64,000 bases of DNA from Minisyncoccota bacterium (lineage in GTDB: Bacteria > Patescibacteriota > Minisyncoccia > Phycocordibacterales > UBA918). The notes below the pieces were generated by a model. It saw nothing but the letters and a program-made list of their open reading frames with translations, had not been told where the DNA came from and searched no databases. Shown here piece after piece: positions 8,215 through 18,173 of this stretch; the stretch's first letter is position 1, and each line of letters opens with the position of its first letter. The stretch lies in NCBI GenBank assembly GCA_017992505.1, contig JAGOON010000001.1, positions 2,532 to 66,531 of the forward strand. The letters are read 5' to 3'. Made by a program: the position numbers and the translations under genes.

Positions 8215-9798
8215 TTACTCTTCCCCCCTGAGTCGTTTTATCAAGAAATCTTTATCGAGGGTACTTAAAAACCAACCTACTTTTGGACCACTGTCTTTAC
8301 CAAGAAATACTGTGTAGATGGCACCAAAAAATTCTTTTGGTGAAAGCTCCGACTCACTTTTCACTTCGTGAATGAGTTCGTGGAGGATTTGTCCGTCAAT
8401 AGTTTCAAGTAATTCTATTTTGTCTGAAAGGAGTTTAAGCGCTGACTGTTGTACCTCTGTAAGTGACTGAGTTGCCTTGGGAATGTTTTGCTGTAGCGTA
8501 AAGATGAACTTGTCGTCTGCATACTCTTTGAGCCAACGCTTCGCGTACACGACTCGTTCGTCGAGTTCAGCCACATCAATATCAGTGAGTTCAGTCTCTT
8601 TCATTTTTGCTACCTCATCATAGATATCCATATGCGGCATTTGCACCAGAAAAGCTACTTGTGAGAAGCGTGGTAAATATCGTACAGGCAACTCCGCTCG
8701 TTCATCAGGCAAATGGATGAAGTTGAATACTTGTGAATCATCATCACGTACACCGCTCCAATACTTTTCTGCGAGCTTATCGTAGGTATCAAAGAGAACA
8801 GGAATTGCGTCCCCTTCTGGATCAAAATCAAGCTGACGATTGATTGGTGTCTTGAGTAGTAAGAGGCGCAAAATATGTGGTGGCAGAATATCTGTCATTT
8901 CTCGTGCTGAAGCAGCGTTTCCTTTTGAGGAAGACATTTTCTTTCCACCCACCAAGAAGAATTCGTTGAAGACACCGTATGGTGGCTCATGGTCAAAAAT
9001 TTCGCGACAAATCGCTTCAGCTACTTGCCTCGAACCACCCTTGGTGTAGTGGTCTTTTCCGCCCCCTTCGAAGTTCACATTCTGTGCAACAAACTTCGCC
9101 GCCCAATCGAGCTTCCATGGGAACTTGGCATTACCATTGTATGGCGACATGCGACCACTGTGACCACAACCCTTGGCCCACGCGATAGTGTCTGAACTAC
9201 AAGTATAGTCGACAAGCTCTCCATCAAAGCCGGTGATCTTAGTCGCGCTTAGGTTGCCACAATTTTCACAGATAACATTCAATGGATACCAGTCTTCTGG
9301 CTTCTCGCTCTTTGAAATACGAAAATATATATCACGAACAACGGCACGCCGTTCTAATGCCTTTTGAATCATCTCATTCATCGCACCACTGCGATAAAGT
9401 TCGCTCGCTCGATAGACTTCTGCGCCAAAGCCAATTTTCTTGAGCACTGATACATATTCTTGTCCGTAGTATTCAGCAAAATTATCAAATCCTGGTTCTG
9501 GTGACGGAATGTTGCAAAGTGGCACACCCATGTACTGCTCGTACGTCGCGGTATCGAGATAATTTGGAATACCATCCATGGGATCGAAGTCGTTGATCTC
9601 AAACAAAAACTTTACATTGTGACCTCGACTTTTGAGTACATCAGCAACAATGGCGTGCATTGACGCGCTACGCAGTGAACCAACGTGTACTTGTCCTGAA
9701 GCAGTCTTTTCGTCACGAATAACAATTGGTTGTCCAGACGAAATTAGCGACGCGTATCGTCGCTCAACCTCGTCAGCAATAGCATCTGCCCAAAACAT
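8215..9798 (-). CDS. lysK: Lysyl-tRNA synthetase, class I (archaeal type)
   Basis: HIGH-like motif HVGSLRS and KMSSSKGN (class I LysRS-specific KMSKS variant). Zinc knuckle CENCG. Length 527 aa. Confidence 0.75.
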   Translation of the reverse strand: MFWADAIADEVERRYASLISSGQPIVIRDEKTASGQVHVGSLRSASMHAIVADVLKSRGHNVKFLFEINDFDPMDGIPNYLDTATYEQYMGVPLCNIPSPEPGFDNFAEYYGQEYVSVLKKIGFGAEVYRASELYRSGAMNEMIQKALERRAVVRDIYFRISKSEKPEDWYPLNVICENCGNLSATKITGFDGELVDYTCSSDTIAWAKGCGHSGRMSPYNGNAKFPWKLDWAAKFVAQNVNFEGGGKDHYTKGGSRQVAEAICREIFDHEPPYGVFNEFFLVGGKKMSSSKGNAASAREMTDILPPHILRLLLLKTPINRQLDFDPEGDAIPVLFDTYDKLAEKYWSGVRDDDSQVFNFIHLPDERAELPVRYLPRFSQVAFLVQMPHMDIYDEVAKMKETELTDIDVAELDERVVYAKRWLKEYADDKFIFTLQQNIPKATQSLTEVQQSALKLLSDKIELLETIDGQILHELIHEVKSESELSPKEFFGAIYTVFLGKDSGPKVGWFLSTLDKDFLIKRLRGEE

Positions 9799-10020
9799 AC
9801 GTAATGCTTATCCTAGCGTATACATAACAAAAAAGAAAGGTTCCTTCTGCAGCTCGCTGCCGCCAGATTCAGGTCTAGGAATGGACCTGAATCGTGGCGA
9901 AGCGCCTGCATAAATTCGCAATAGTCGGCTACGCCTCGTTTGCTCATTCAAAAGAAAAGGCCAGAGCTAATGCACTAACCTTTTCTTCTTACCCTGATAC
10001 TTAAAATTGAGAAAGATGTT

Positions 10021-10110
10021 CGGATGCGAGGCGCGGGAGGAAAATTGTGTGAGGCGTACTTAATGTACGGTGAACATAATTTTACCGAACTACAACGAAG
10101 CAGACGGGCG
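10021..10110. repeat. Conserved ~80-nt intergenic element, copy A, immediately 3' of greA. Homologous to 18225-18320
   Basis: About 80% identity to copy B over roughly 75 nt. Shared blocks are GGAGGAAAA, CGTAC-N4/5-GTACG hairpin and TTTTACCGAAC-N-GCAAC-AAGC. Confidence 0.6.
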
Positions 10111-10112
10111 TC

Positions 10113-10580
10113 TTACTCAACTTTTAAGACTTTGTACTTTTGCTTTCCGAGTGGCGTTTCAAATTCAAATTCGTCTCCCTTCTTCTTCCCCATCAATGCT
10201 TCACCGAGCGGTGAAAGGTAAGAGAGCTTGTGCTCGTGGATATTTGCTTCGTCTGAGCCAACGATGGTGTACTCTCGCTTTTCTTTATCCTTGTCTTTTT
10301 GGATTGATACAACTGATCCGAGTCCAACGACGTCACCATGCTTTTCATGTGCGACAATCTTTGCTTCCTTGATAGTCTTTTCGAGGTAGCCAATACGTTC
10401 TTCGATTGCTGCCTGCATATCACGAGCTTCTTGGTACTCGGCATTTTCTGAGAGGTCACCGAGACTTCGAGCGTACTCAAGTGACTCTGCAACTTCCTTT
10501 CGACGAACGGTCTTTAGGTGATCGAGCTCTTTTTTTAATTCTTCGAATTTCTCTGGGGTCAGAAACGCTTGTGTATCCAT
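10113..10580 (-). CDS. greA: Transcription elongation factor GreA
   Basis: N-terminal coiled coil plus C-terminal FKBP-like domain (GDLSENAEY; TIVGSDEAN; SPLGEALMGKKKGDE). Confidence 0.9.
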   Translation of the reverse strand: MDTQAFLTPEKFEELKKELDHLKTVRRKEVAESLEYARSLGDLSENAEYQEARDMQAAIEERIGYLEKTIKEAKIVAHEKHGDVVGLGSVVSIQKDKDKEKREYTIVGSDEANIHEHKLSYLSPLGEALMGKKKGDEFEFETPLGKQKYKVLKVE

Positions 10581-10632
10581 AATGTAAAATTTTCCTAATT
10601 ATACGCACATAGTGCACTCGGTCAAATGGCGA

Positions 10633-12339
10633 TTATTGTGTAGTTTGAAGTTCTGATTCTGCCTTTAAATATTCGGGGCGATGTACACTCATCCACTCCA
10701 TGATTTCCCCCATAATACGGCCAGCTCCAAGCGCGTTACTACGGGGTGCATGGTCCATCATGAGGATATAAGCAAAGCGTGGTTCTTCATACGGCCAGAA
10801 GCCCGCTGACCACGAATTTACGTACGCATTGCCTGCACCCACTTCTGCGGTTCCAGATTTTGAGGCCACCGCCACATCTTTTCGCTCCATACCACGAGCA
10901 GTTCCGCCATCCATTGTCACCGTCTTTCGCATCCCCTCATGAATAATTTGAAGATACCCCTGGTTAAGGCCAATGTCTTTCCCTTCGACTGCAACACCTT
11001 TCTCAACGTGTGGTGTTAAGAGTGTGCCACCATTGGCGAGTGCCGCATACGCACGAAGCATTTGAATCGGGGTCGCCTGAAAACCGTACTGACCAATTGC
11101 TGTGAAATACGTATCACCAAGTCGCCAGTCGTCATCGAATGTTTCAAGCTTCCAGGCGGGATCTGGGACAATTCCTGCTTGTTCTTGGGCAAGAGTAATG
11201 CCAGTGAGTTCGCCCATGCCGAAGCGGCGATAATTTTCTGCCATTTTGGTAATCCCCAATCCAGGCTGGTCACCATAGCCACCACCGATGATGTAAAAAT
11301 AAACGTTTGAAGAAAAAGCGATGGCTTCTCGCATCGTCATTGCACCATGAGCACGCCAGTCGTTGAACCGACTTGGGTTGCTTGGGTTGTAAGGATTGGG
11401 TACCAATATGTACCCGTTACTCACTATTGTTTTATTAGGACTGATAATTCCCTCTTCAAGTGCTTTGTACGCCACAAACGGCTTCACAATCGAGCCAGGA
11501 GTGTATGCACCACCGACAATTTTATTAAGAAACGGAAGACGCTCATCGTTGTTGTATGAGTTAATTGTCTCAATATCATCACCGTCGGCCATTACCTCTG
11601 GGTCATACGAAGGGAAGCTGGTGAGAGCCAGGAGCTCGCCTGTTTTTACATCCATAATCGCCGCTGCCCCACTACGAAAACCAGCTCGCTCACTTGAACT
11701 CGCAATAATCTGATACATCGCTTCTGAGAGTTCGGCGTCAATTGAGAGGTGTAACTCCGCCCCACTCCCTGGGTGATTAATTTCAAATTCACTCACAACA
11801 TGATTGAGCGCATCGACTTCGACCACCTTACTACCATTTTCTCCTTTGAGGATATTGTCATACGCTAATTCGACACCACTTCTCCCGAGATAATCCGTGC
11901 GGAAGAAAAATCCCTTACTGTCTTTCTTTGGATAACTTACATACCCCAAGACCTGTCCCAACCCAAGTCGGTCAGTATAGGCACGAATTGGAAAATCGTA
12001 CTCTCCGGTAGTATCAACTTCATTCCACACAATCATTTCTCCTGTACGATCAAACACTACTCCACGTTCCGCAATAATGTGCACTTTGTCGACACGATTG
12101 TTTTCGGAAATTTGCTTATATTCCTCTCCTTTCACTATCTGCAGAGTGAAGATTTGATAGAAAAAAACAAAGGCAATACAAGAAAAAAGAATACCCACCG
12201 TACGTACACTTCCGCGTTTGATTGGGAGCTCACGCTTCCCTTCCATACGACCCTGATTGAACGAGAGCATATTCGAGGCATCAAGAAGCACTTCCTCCAC
12301 CTCAACATGTGACTGATAGCGATTACGTAGCTTCTTCAT
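10633..12339 (-). CDS. mrdA: Penicillin-binding protein 2 (elongation-specific transpeptidase)
   Basis: SxxK (GSIVKPF), SSN and KSGTA motifs. N-terminal TM. Downstream of mreBCD. Confidence 0.85.
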   Translation of the reverse strand: MKKLRNRYQSHVEVEEVLLDASNMLSFNQGRMEGKRELPIKRGSVRTVGILFSCIAFVFFYQIFTLQIVKGEEYKQISENNRVDKVHIIAERGVVFDRTGEMIVWNEVDTTGEYDFPIRAYTDRLGLGQVLGYVSYPKKDSKGFFFRTDYLGRSGVELAYDNILKGENGSKVVEVDALNHVVSEFEINHPGSGAELHLSIDAELSEAMYQIIASSSERAGFRSGAAAIMDVKTGELLALTSFPSYDPEVMADGDDIETINSYNNDERLPFLNKIVGGAYTPGSIVKPFVAYKALEEGIISPNKTIVSNGYILVPNPYNPSNPSRFNDWRAHGAMTMREAIAFSSNVYFYIIGGGYGDQPGLGITKMAENYRRFGMGELTGITLAQEQAGIVPDPAWKLETFDDDWRLGDTYFTAIGQYGFQATPIQMLRAYAALANGGTLLTPHVEKGVAVEGKDIGLNQGYLQIIHEGMRKTVTMDGGTARGMERKDVAVASKSGTAEVGAGNAYVNSWSAGFWPYEEPRFAYILMMDHAPRSNALGAGRIMGEIMEWMSVHRPEYLKAESELQTTQ

Positions 12340-12595
12340 ATCTCTTATATTGCATTAGAAGCTGTGGTCGGACAAATTCACTGGCGACATACCACAAAAT
12401 AGCTACCATGGTGATCATAGGGACGGAATAGAAGGCTCCAAAATATCCATCAATAAAGACCGCGAGTGGGATGAGCAATAGCGCACCTACCCGAAAGGTA
12501 AATACGACGACTAACAAAAATCCAACAATCAGGTGGTTCTGCATGACCATAAGTGCGATAAGTATAAAAAGTACGCAGTTTAAAAAGAATTTCAT
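12323..12595 (-). CDS. mreD: Rod shape-determining protein MreD-like small membrane protein
   Basis: 90-aa polytopic membrane protein between mreC and pbp2. Confidence 0.5.
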   Translation of the reverse strand: MKFFLNCVLFILIALMVMQNHLIVGFLLVVVFTFRVGALLLIPLAVFIDGYFGAFYSVPMITMVAILWYVASEFVRPQLLMQYKRYEEAT

Positions 12596-13521
12596 AACGA
12601 ACCAACGGTTGCGGTTGCAGTCGAAGTAGCGGTACTGCTCGCAAGATTAAAGTTTTTGGTATCAACAATAAGTGCGTCAGTGATGATGCGTCGGACTCGC
12701 TCTTCTATTTGTGGTGGTTCAACTGGAGTTACAATCTCACTAGCGACCGCGACATAACGAATCCCACTCACTGGACTAGGAAGAGTGATGTATCCATATT
12801 GCTCTGGTTGGGTCGGTCTGTTCTCGACATACTCCACTCGTCCAAACACCCCTGGATCAATACTTGGCACATGAACCAGATTGCCAACATTGAGTGGTAT
12901 TCCTTGCGGTACGCTGACGCGCGCCACACCACCGCCAAAGCCCTCTAGGGTCGTCATCACATTGGCACCACTAATGTATGCTGTGGCGCTAAATCCTGGA
13001 GTTGTAAAGAGCTCCACAAAAGAATAGTGTGCACTCGTATGCGTCACGATACCAATCACATTGTCTGCACCGATATATACAGGTGCACCCTCTATAATAC
13101 CGTCATCGGAACCACGATCGATTTGCATCAGATCGTAAGGGAGCTCTGTTGGACGCGCAATCACCGCTGCTGCGATACGCTCCTTTCCATCGACAGAAAG
13201 GAGTTGTCGTAACCACATGTTTTCTTCAAAGAGGCGCTGTTGGGTGAGGTCTGTACTCACCGCAATAGCGAGCTCGTTTTCAAGTGACTCGATATCTGTG
13301 ATGAGTTTCTGTTGATCACGAAGAAACATCGGTAAACGATCAGATGATGTGCGAATCCACTCACTGGTGAGATGAACTGGATATAGCGCAATACGTCCAA
13401 CAAGCGTGAACACAAACGGCAACGCAACACCAAGCAAGAGAATGACGATAGCAATAAAAAATACCTGCGTGATACGCTTCTGTTTATTAGTCTTAGAATT
13501 GTGTCGAGAATGAACCTTCAT
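12592..13521 (-). CDS. mreC: Rod shape-determining protein MreC. The ORF extends to 13611; start probably MKVH at 13521
   Basis: N-terminal TM, a coiled coil and a beta-rich periplasmic domain. Position between mreB and mreD. Confidence 0.7.
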   Translation of the reverse strand: MKVHSRHNSKTNKQKRITQVFFIAIVILLLGVALPFVFTLVGRIALYPVHLTSEWIRTSSDRLPMFLRDQQKLITDIESLENELAIAVSTDLTQQRLFEENMWLRQLLSVDGKERIAAAVIARPTELPYDLMQIDRGSDDGIIEGAPVYIGADNVIGIVTHTSAHYSFVELFTTPGFSATAYISGANVMTTLEGFGGGVARVSVPQGIPLNVGNLVHVPSIDPGVFGRVEYVENRPTQPEQYGYITLPSPVSGIRYVAVASEIVTPVEPPQIEERVRRIITDALIVDTKNFNLASSTATSTATATVGSL

Positions 13522-14566
13522 GATCAAGGAGAATTTCTTCGTACGCTTCAAGGTCTTCAACAACGATACCGGCACCGCGAATGACTGCCCGAAGTGGGTC
13601 TGGCACGACAATTACAGGTACCTGGAGAGCATGCTCAAGGAGGGCTGAAAGTCCTGGGATGAGCGCCCCACCCCCTGAGAGGTGGATACCGCGCTGCATC
13701 ACGTCAGCAAGCACTTCAGGCGGTGTAATCTCAAGGGCGGCGCGCACATTCTCTACAATCGTATCAATGTGTCCAGCTACCGCATCGCGCACGTCAGAGT
13801 CGGTAATAACCACCTCGCGAGGTAAACCAGTCACCACATCTCGACCACGAATGACAAAATCCTTACCGCCATTTTGTGAGTTTGAAATGGCGGTAAGTGC
13901 AATCTTTGCATCTTCTGCCGTTTTCTCTCCAACATGCACTTTGAATTGATCACGCACATATGAAGAAATAGCAGCATTGAGATGATCTCCTGCAATACGC
14001 AAGTTTTTTGACACGACGAGTCCATTGAGAGAGATGATGGCGATGTCAGTAGTACCACCACCAATATCAACAATCATACTCCCTACTGATTTTCCAATGG
14101 GAAGCTTAGCGCCGATCGCTGCCGCCATTGGCTCTTCAATCAAAAATACGTCACGTGCTCCAGCATTTTTAGCAGCATCGTGTGCAGCACGCATTTCAAC
14201 GTTGGTGATTCCCGACGGCACACCAATAAGCACTCTAGGAGCAATAAACGTACGTACTTCATTGCGTACTTTACTAATAAGATACGCCAACATCTCTTCA
14301 GTTACTTCAAAATCAGAAATGACTCCATCGACAAGTGGTCTGACAACTTCGATATGCGCTGGCGTTCGACCAAGCATGACCTTGGCTTCATTGCCGACCG
14401 CGACGAGCTGTCCCGTCTTTTTATTAATTGCAACAATGGTTGGTTCGTTAAGTAAAATTCCCTTCCCTTTGACGTAGACGAGTGTATTAGCGGTACCGAG
14501 GTCAATAGCGATATCGGTAGATAAGGCACAAAGCAGCGCGTTTAGTTGTCGCGTAAGAAAGTTCAT
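13493..14566 (-). CDS. mreB: Rod shape-determining actin homologue MreB
   Basis: IDLGTANTLVYVKGKGILLNEPTIVA and DIGGGTTDIAIISL actin-fold motifs. Length 357 aa. Confidence 0.9.
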   Translation of the reverse strand: MNFLTRQLNALLCALSTDIAIDLGTANTLVYVKGKGILLNEPTIVAINKKTGQLVAVGNEAKVMLGRTPAHIEVVRPLVDGVISDFEVTEEMLAYLISKVRNEVRTFIAPRVLIGVPSGITNVEMRAAHDAAKNAGARDVFLIEEPMAAAIGAKLPIGKSVGSMIVDIGGGTTDIAIISLNGLVVSKNLRIAGDHLNAAISSYVRDQFKVHVGEKTAEDAKIALTAISNSQNGGKDFVIRGRDVVTGLPREVVITDSDVRDAVAGHIDTIVENVRAALEITPPEVLADVMQRGIHLSGGGALIPGLSALLEHALQVPVIVVPDPLRAVIRGAGIVVEDLEAYEEILLDHEGSFSTQF

Positions 14567-14581
14567 GTGGCGGTAATTGTA

Positions 14582-15850
14582 CTACGAGGCGTCCTTCGGG
14601 GCAAAATCTGCGAAAAGTTGCTCTTCGGTGAGCTGTCGCACTTCACTGGTTGCGCGAGTGACGACTTCGAAGAGTCCGTTTTCCTTCCCTTTCTTACTCA
14701 CTACCACACGATACGGAATACCAATAAGATCACTGTCTCCAAATTTTTCGCCCGCTCGTGCTTCGACACGGTCATCAAAAAGTACTTCGACACCTGCATC
14801 CTTGAGTGATGTGTATACACCCTCTGCCCAATCTTTGATCTCATTATCTTCGAGATTGAGTCCCACAAGATGCACCTTGAATGGAGCAACTGCTTCTGGC
14901 CACACAAGACCCTTGTCATCACCGAGCACTTCAACGAGTGTACCCATGAGACGAGTTGGGCCAATGCCGTATGAACCCATGTAGACAGGAACATCTTCAC
15001 CAGCCTCATTTTTATAGGTGAGTCCAAGTGGTTCTGAGAACTTTGTACCAAGATGGAAAATATTTCCTGATTCAATTGCTTTCTTTTCTACTAAATCAAC
15101 TTTATTGAGACCGAGCTTCGCTATCACTTCATCGGTATACACTTCTTTATTGAGTGCAATGCCAGTTTTTTCGTCAACGTAAATTAAATCTTCTCCGGCG
15201 TCCGAAACTGTTTGGAATTCTTCTGAAAACTCACTGAAGATACCGCCTGAAGCGTAAGTGACATATGTAAGATGTCCCACTCCTACGCGTTCAAAAACGC
15301 GTTTGTACGCTTCGCGCATACGAGCATAAAATTCATTATGTTCAACTTCATCTCTAGAAAAATCGTAAAGATCCTTCATCATGAATTCACGACCGCGCAT
15401 AATACCACTCTTGGCACGAGTTTCGTTGCGAAACTTATTTTGGAACTGATACGCGTACTTTGGCAAATCACGATATGAAGAGATGTGATCTTTCATAATC
15501 CGAGTGAGCGGTTCTTCGTGTGTGATACTAAGTCCGAGTACGGTGCCGTTCTTGAGTTCAGTCTTAAACCAGTTATCGACCTTCGCGTCGTCCCAACGGT
15601 CAGTTTTTTCCCACACTTCACCATCTTGGAGCGCGGTCATAACGATTTCCTGTCCACCTTCGCGATTCATTTCTTCGCGAATGATTTGTACGATTTTATT
15701 AAGTACTCGCAATCCAAGCGGGAGATAGCTATACACCCCAGCCATTTCTTTATAGACATACCCTGCACGGATAAGAAGTTGGGCATTCTTTGCCACTTCA
15801 TCAGCCGGAGCTTCCTTTCGAGTTTTAGTAAATAGTTGTGTCTGTCTCAT
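14582..15850 (-). CDS. proS: Prolyl-tRNA synthetase (short form without an editing insertion)
   Basis: Class II aaRS motifs and a ProRS-like N-terminus (MRQTQLFTKTRKEAPADEVAKNAQLLIRAGY). Length 422 aa. Confidence 0.85.
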   Translation of the reverse strand: MRQTQLFTKTRKEAPADEVAKNAQLLIRAGYVYKEMAGVYSYLPLGLRVLNKIVQIIREEMNREGGQEIVMTALQDGEVWEKTDRWDDAKVDNWFKTELKNGTVLGLSITHEEPLTRIMKDHISSYRDLPKYAYQFQNKFRNETRAKSGIMRGREFMMKDLYDFSRDEVEHNEFYARMREAYKRVFERVGVGHLTYVTYASGGIFSEFSEEFQTVSDAGEDLIYVDEKTGIALNKEVYTDEVIAKLGLNKVDLVEKKAIESGNIFHLGTKFSEPLGLTYKNEAGEDVPVYMGSYGIGPTRLMGTLVEVLGDDKGLVWPEAVAPFKVHLVGLNLEDNEIKDWAEGVYTSLKDAGVEVLFDDRVEARAGEKFGDSDLIGIPYRVVVSKKGKENGLFEVVTRATSEVRQLTEEQLFADFAPKDAS

Positions 15851-15856
15851 GGAAAT

Positions 15857-16954
15857 TTAGAATAAGCGAACAATATCATTAAAAGTAACAGCTGCCATCA
15901 GTACCATAAGAAGCACGAAGCCGAGGAGATTGACCCAGCCCGTGACACGAGCAGGTACACGACGTTTTGTAATGGCCTCTACGACCACAAAGGCGAGTCT
16001 ACCGCCATCAAGCGCTGGAAATGGAAGGAGGTTCACCACAGCGAGATTAAGGGAGATAATAGCGGTAAACATAAGGAGTGGCGTGAGGCCGTATGAGGCT
16101 GCGTCGCCTACCATACCAACAATCCCGACCGGACCGGCAATCGTTGAAAAATCTGCCTCACCAATAAGTGATTCTTTGAGTAATGTACCGAGTCCGACCG
16201 TAATACTGACGAGTCCGTCTACCGTCATCATAAAACCATCGCCGATAGCATTGATGAATGATTCCTTTTTGACTTCAATAAGTGAAAGTGAAGCACCGAC
16301 CACGTACTTTGAAGCGTCTTCAGCAACCAAACCAGTCTTGGGAGTAAGTGAAACACTGACCATTTCATCATCGTGCTCGTATGTTACCGCGATCGCTTCT
16401 GGTGCGTGTTCGGAAACGAAGCTACTGAATGTACTTGGAGTTGGTGTTTTAAGAACATCGTTACCCGATTCTGCCTTTACGATTACCGAACCAACTGGGA
16501 GCACCCCTTCAGCTGGTGCTCCAGGGAGTGTTCCTGCAACAACAAGCTGTGAGTTTGCAGTCGCTTTTGATTCTTCAATAGCAGTTGGCACTCCGATAAT
16601 AAGCACCAGAGTAAAGAGGAGCCAAGCAAAGAGTATATTCATCGTAATACCCGCAACCAACACCACAGCCTGTGCCCACTTTGGGCGCTCATGGAACGCG
16701 CGTCCAACATCTGAAGGATTTCTTTCTTTTCCATCTTCTTCAGCATTCTCTCCGTATATTTTTACATACCCACCGATTGGTAAGAGGTTGAAGTTGTATT
16801 CTGTCTCCCCTCGTTTAATACCAAACATCTTCGGTGGGAACCCAATCGCAAACTCATCAACACGCATACCTGTCTTTTTGGCGGTGATGTAATGTCCCCA
16901 TTCGTGCACCAATACGAGCACGAAGAGAACAAGGAGAAACAAGAAAATGGACAT
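15857..16954 (-). CDS. rseP: RIP zinc metalloprotease RseP (site-2 protease)
   Basis: HEWGHYITAK HExxH motif in the first TM, a PDZ-like middle region and an LDGG motif near the C-terminus. Confidence 0.8.
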   Translation of the reverse strand: MSIFLFLLVLFVLVLVHEWGHYITAKKTGMRVDEFAIGFPPKMFGIKRGETEYNFNLLPIGGYVKIYGENAEEDGKERNPSDVGRAFHERPKWAQAVVLVAGITMNILFAWLLFTLVLIIGVPTAIEESKATANSQLVVAGTLPGAPAEGVLPVGSVIVKAESGNDVLKTPTPSTFSSFVSEHAPEAIAVTYEHDDEMVSVSLTPKTGLVAEDASKYVVGASLSLIEVKKESFINAIGDGFMMTVDGLVSITVGLGTLLKESLIGEADFSTIAGPVGIVGMVGDAASYGLTPLLMFTAIISLNLAVVNLLPFPALDGGRLAFVVVEAITKRRVPARVTGWVNLLGFVLLMVLMAAVTFNDIVRLF

Positions 16955-16957
16955 AGA

Positions 16958-17497
16958 TTATTTTTGTAGTTCGATTTCTTTTTGAGTAAAGAGCGCCTCT
17001 AATGATCGGTTAGCATCATCGACTTGATTTTGTACCTTTTCCTTTTGGGAAAATTTATCGTCTTCACTTATGTCACCGTCCTTTTGTGCCTTATCAATGG
17101 CTTTCATTGATTCGTCACGAACTGCACGAACTGAAATACGAGCGTCTTCAAGTTTTGACTTTGCGAGCTTAAGAAGCTGTACGCGACGCTCCGAGGTAAG
17201 GTCTGGAAAGATTACGCGAACCCCATCTGAATCTGAGGCAGTTGAGATACCGAGATTTGCTTCCTGAATGGCACGCTCAATAGCTGAGACAGCGCCCTTA
17301 TCCCAGACACTAATACGCAGTGTTCGAGCGTCTTCAATATTGACGCTCCCCACTTGGTTGATTGGTAAGTACGAGCCATAACTTTCTACCTTGACCCCAT
17401 CAAGCAACATCGGACTAGCCTGCCCAGTACGAATACCCGCGTACTCTTTTATGAGCCATTCATTAACTTCTTTTAATTTGTCAGAAATATTTTCCAT
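16958..17497 (-). CDS. frr: Ribosome recycling factor
   Basis: 179-aa full-length match to the RRF fold (IRTGQASPMLLDGVKVESYGS...). Confidence 0.9.
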   Translation of the reverse strand: MENISDKLKEVNEWLIKEYAGIRTGQASPMLLDGVKVESYGSYLPINQVGSVNIEDARTLRISVWDKGAVSAIERAIQEANLGISTASDSDGVRVIFPDLTSERRVQLLKLAKSKLEDARISVRAVRDESMKAIDKAQKDGDISEDDKFSQKEKVQNQVDDANRSLEALFTQKEIELQK

Positions 17498-17550
17498 ATC
17501 TATCTAAACGTTTTATGTATGTGCCAGTGTAGCACTTTTTTATGCCTATT

Positions 17551-18168
17551 TTAAGCGGGTAATACCAACGCTAGGTGTTCGAGTAAAAACTTATTTGAAG
17601 CACCACGAGTAAGGAGGAGTCTCGTCACATACTCTAGTTCAGACAGTGTTTCCTTGGGAAGTGTAATGGCGGACTCTTTGAGATACTGTATGAGGCCCTT
17701 TTTGATAGCGTTTTGCCAGATATGATCCTTTTGCTTGGTGGCTTGCTCAATCTGCGCCATGCGCTCACCATAGGAAGCATCTTTAAAAGAAGCAAACGCC
17801 TTGTAGTCAACAATCTCACTAACAGTCCCTACTCGTTCAAAACGAGACTCAAGTGTGGGTAAAAAGCTATATCCTTCTGGGATAATGAATACGAACATTG
17901 TCGAGCGTGGTGGTTCTTCGATAATCTTAAGCAACGCTTGCTGCGCCTCTTCAGTCACAAACTCAGTCGCGACAATAATCGTGCGCGTGTCGGTTTCTCC
18001 ATCTGGCCTGCGGTGGGCGTTTATGATGAGTGTGCGGACATCATCAATACCAAACTGCGCAGTTCGATACTGATCAGTTACGGGCACCGCACTATATGCA
18101 TCAATTGTCGCAATGAGTGGAGCTTCTGAAGAAAACAAAACAGCATGATGGGAATTCATGCCGTTCAT
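17551..18168 (-). CDS. holB: DNA polymerase III delta'-like (HolB-like) short clamp-loader subunit
   Basis: LLKIIEEPP motif (the LLKTLEEPP box of clamp-loader subunits). 205 aa, degenerate P-loop. Confidence 0.55.
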   Translation of the reverse strand: MNGMNSHHAVLFSSEAPLIATIDAYSAVPVTDQYRTAQFGIDDVRTLIINAHRRPDGETDTRTIIVATEFVTEEAQQALLKIIEEPPRSTMFVFIIPEGYSFLPTLESRFERVGTVSEIVDYKAFASFKDASYGERMAQIEQATKQKDHIWQNAIKKGLIQYLKESAITLPKETLSELEYVTRLLLTRGASNKFLLEHLALVLPA

Positions 18169-18173
18169 TATGG

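Noticed and set aside
10030-10050. GGAGGAAAA block of element A/B as the P4 region of RNase P RNA (GAGGAAAGUCC)
   Set aside because: Only a 7-8 nt resemblance. The element occurs twice and is about 80 nt long, far too short for RNase P RNA. None of the other RNase P conserved regions are present.
9799-10112. T-box or lysine riboswitch upstream of lysK
   Set aside because: Neither the T-box AGGGTGGNACCGCG motif nor the L-box core helices could be recognised by eye. Kept only as a generic structured-leader finding.
10024-10372. Plus-strand ORFs (65 and 100 aa) overlapping the conserved element A and antisense to greA
   Set aside because: Both run antisense through greA, which is confidently assigned. 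The similarity of A and B is at the nucleotide level and is not maintained as a reading frame in copy B.
15930-16892. 320-aa plus-strand ORF antisense to rseP
   Set aside because: It lies entirely inside the well-supported rseP gene on the opposite strand. Its composition is low-complexity Ser/Thr/Pro-rich, typical of antisense frames. It has no motifs.
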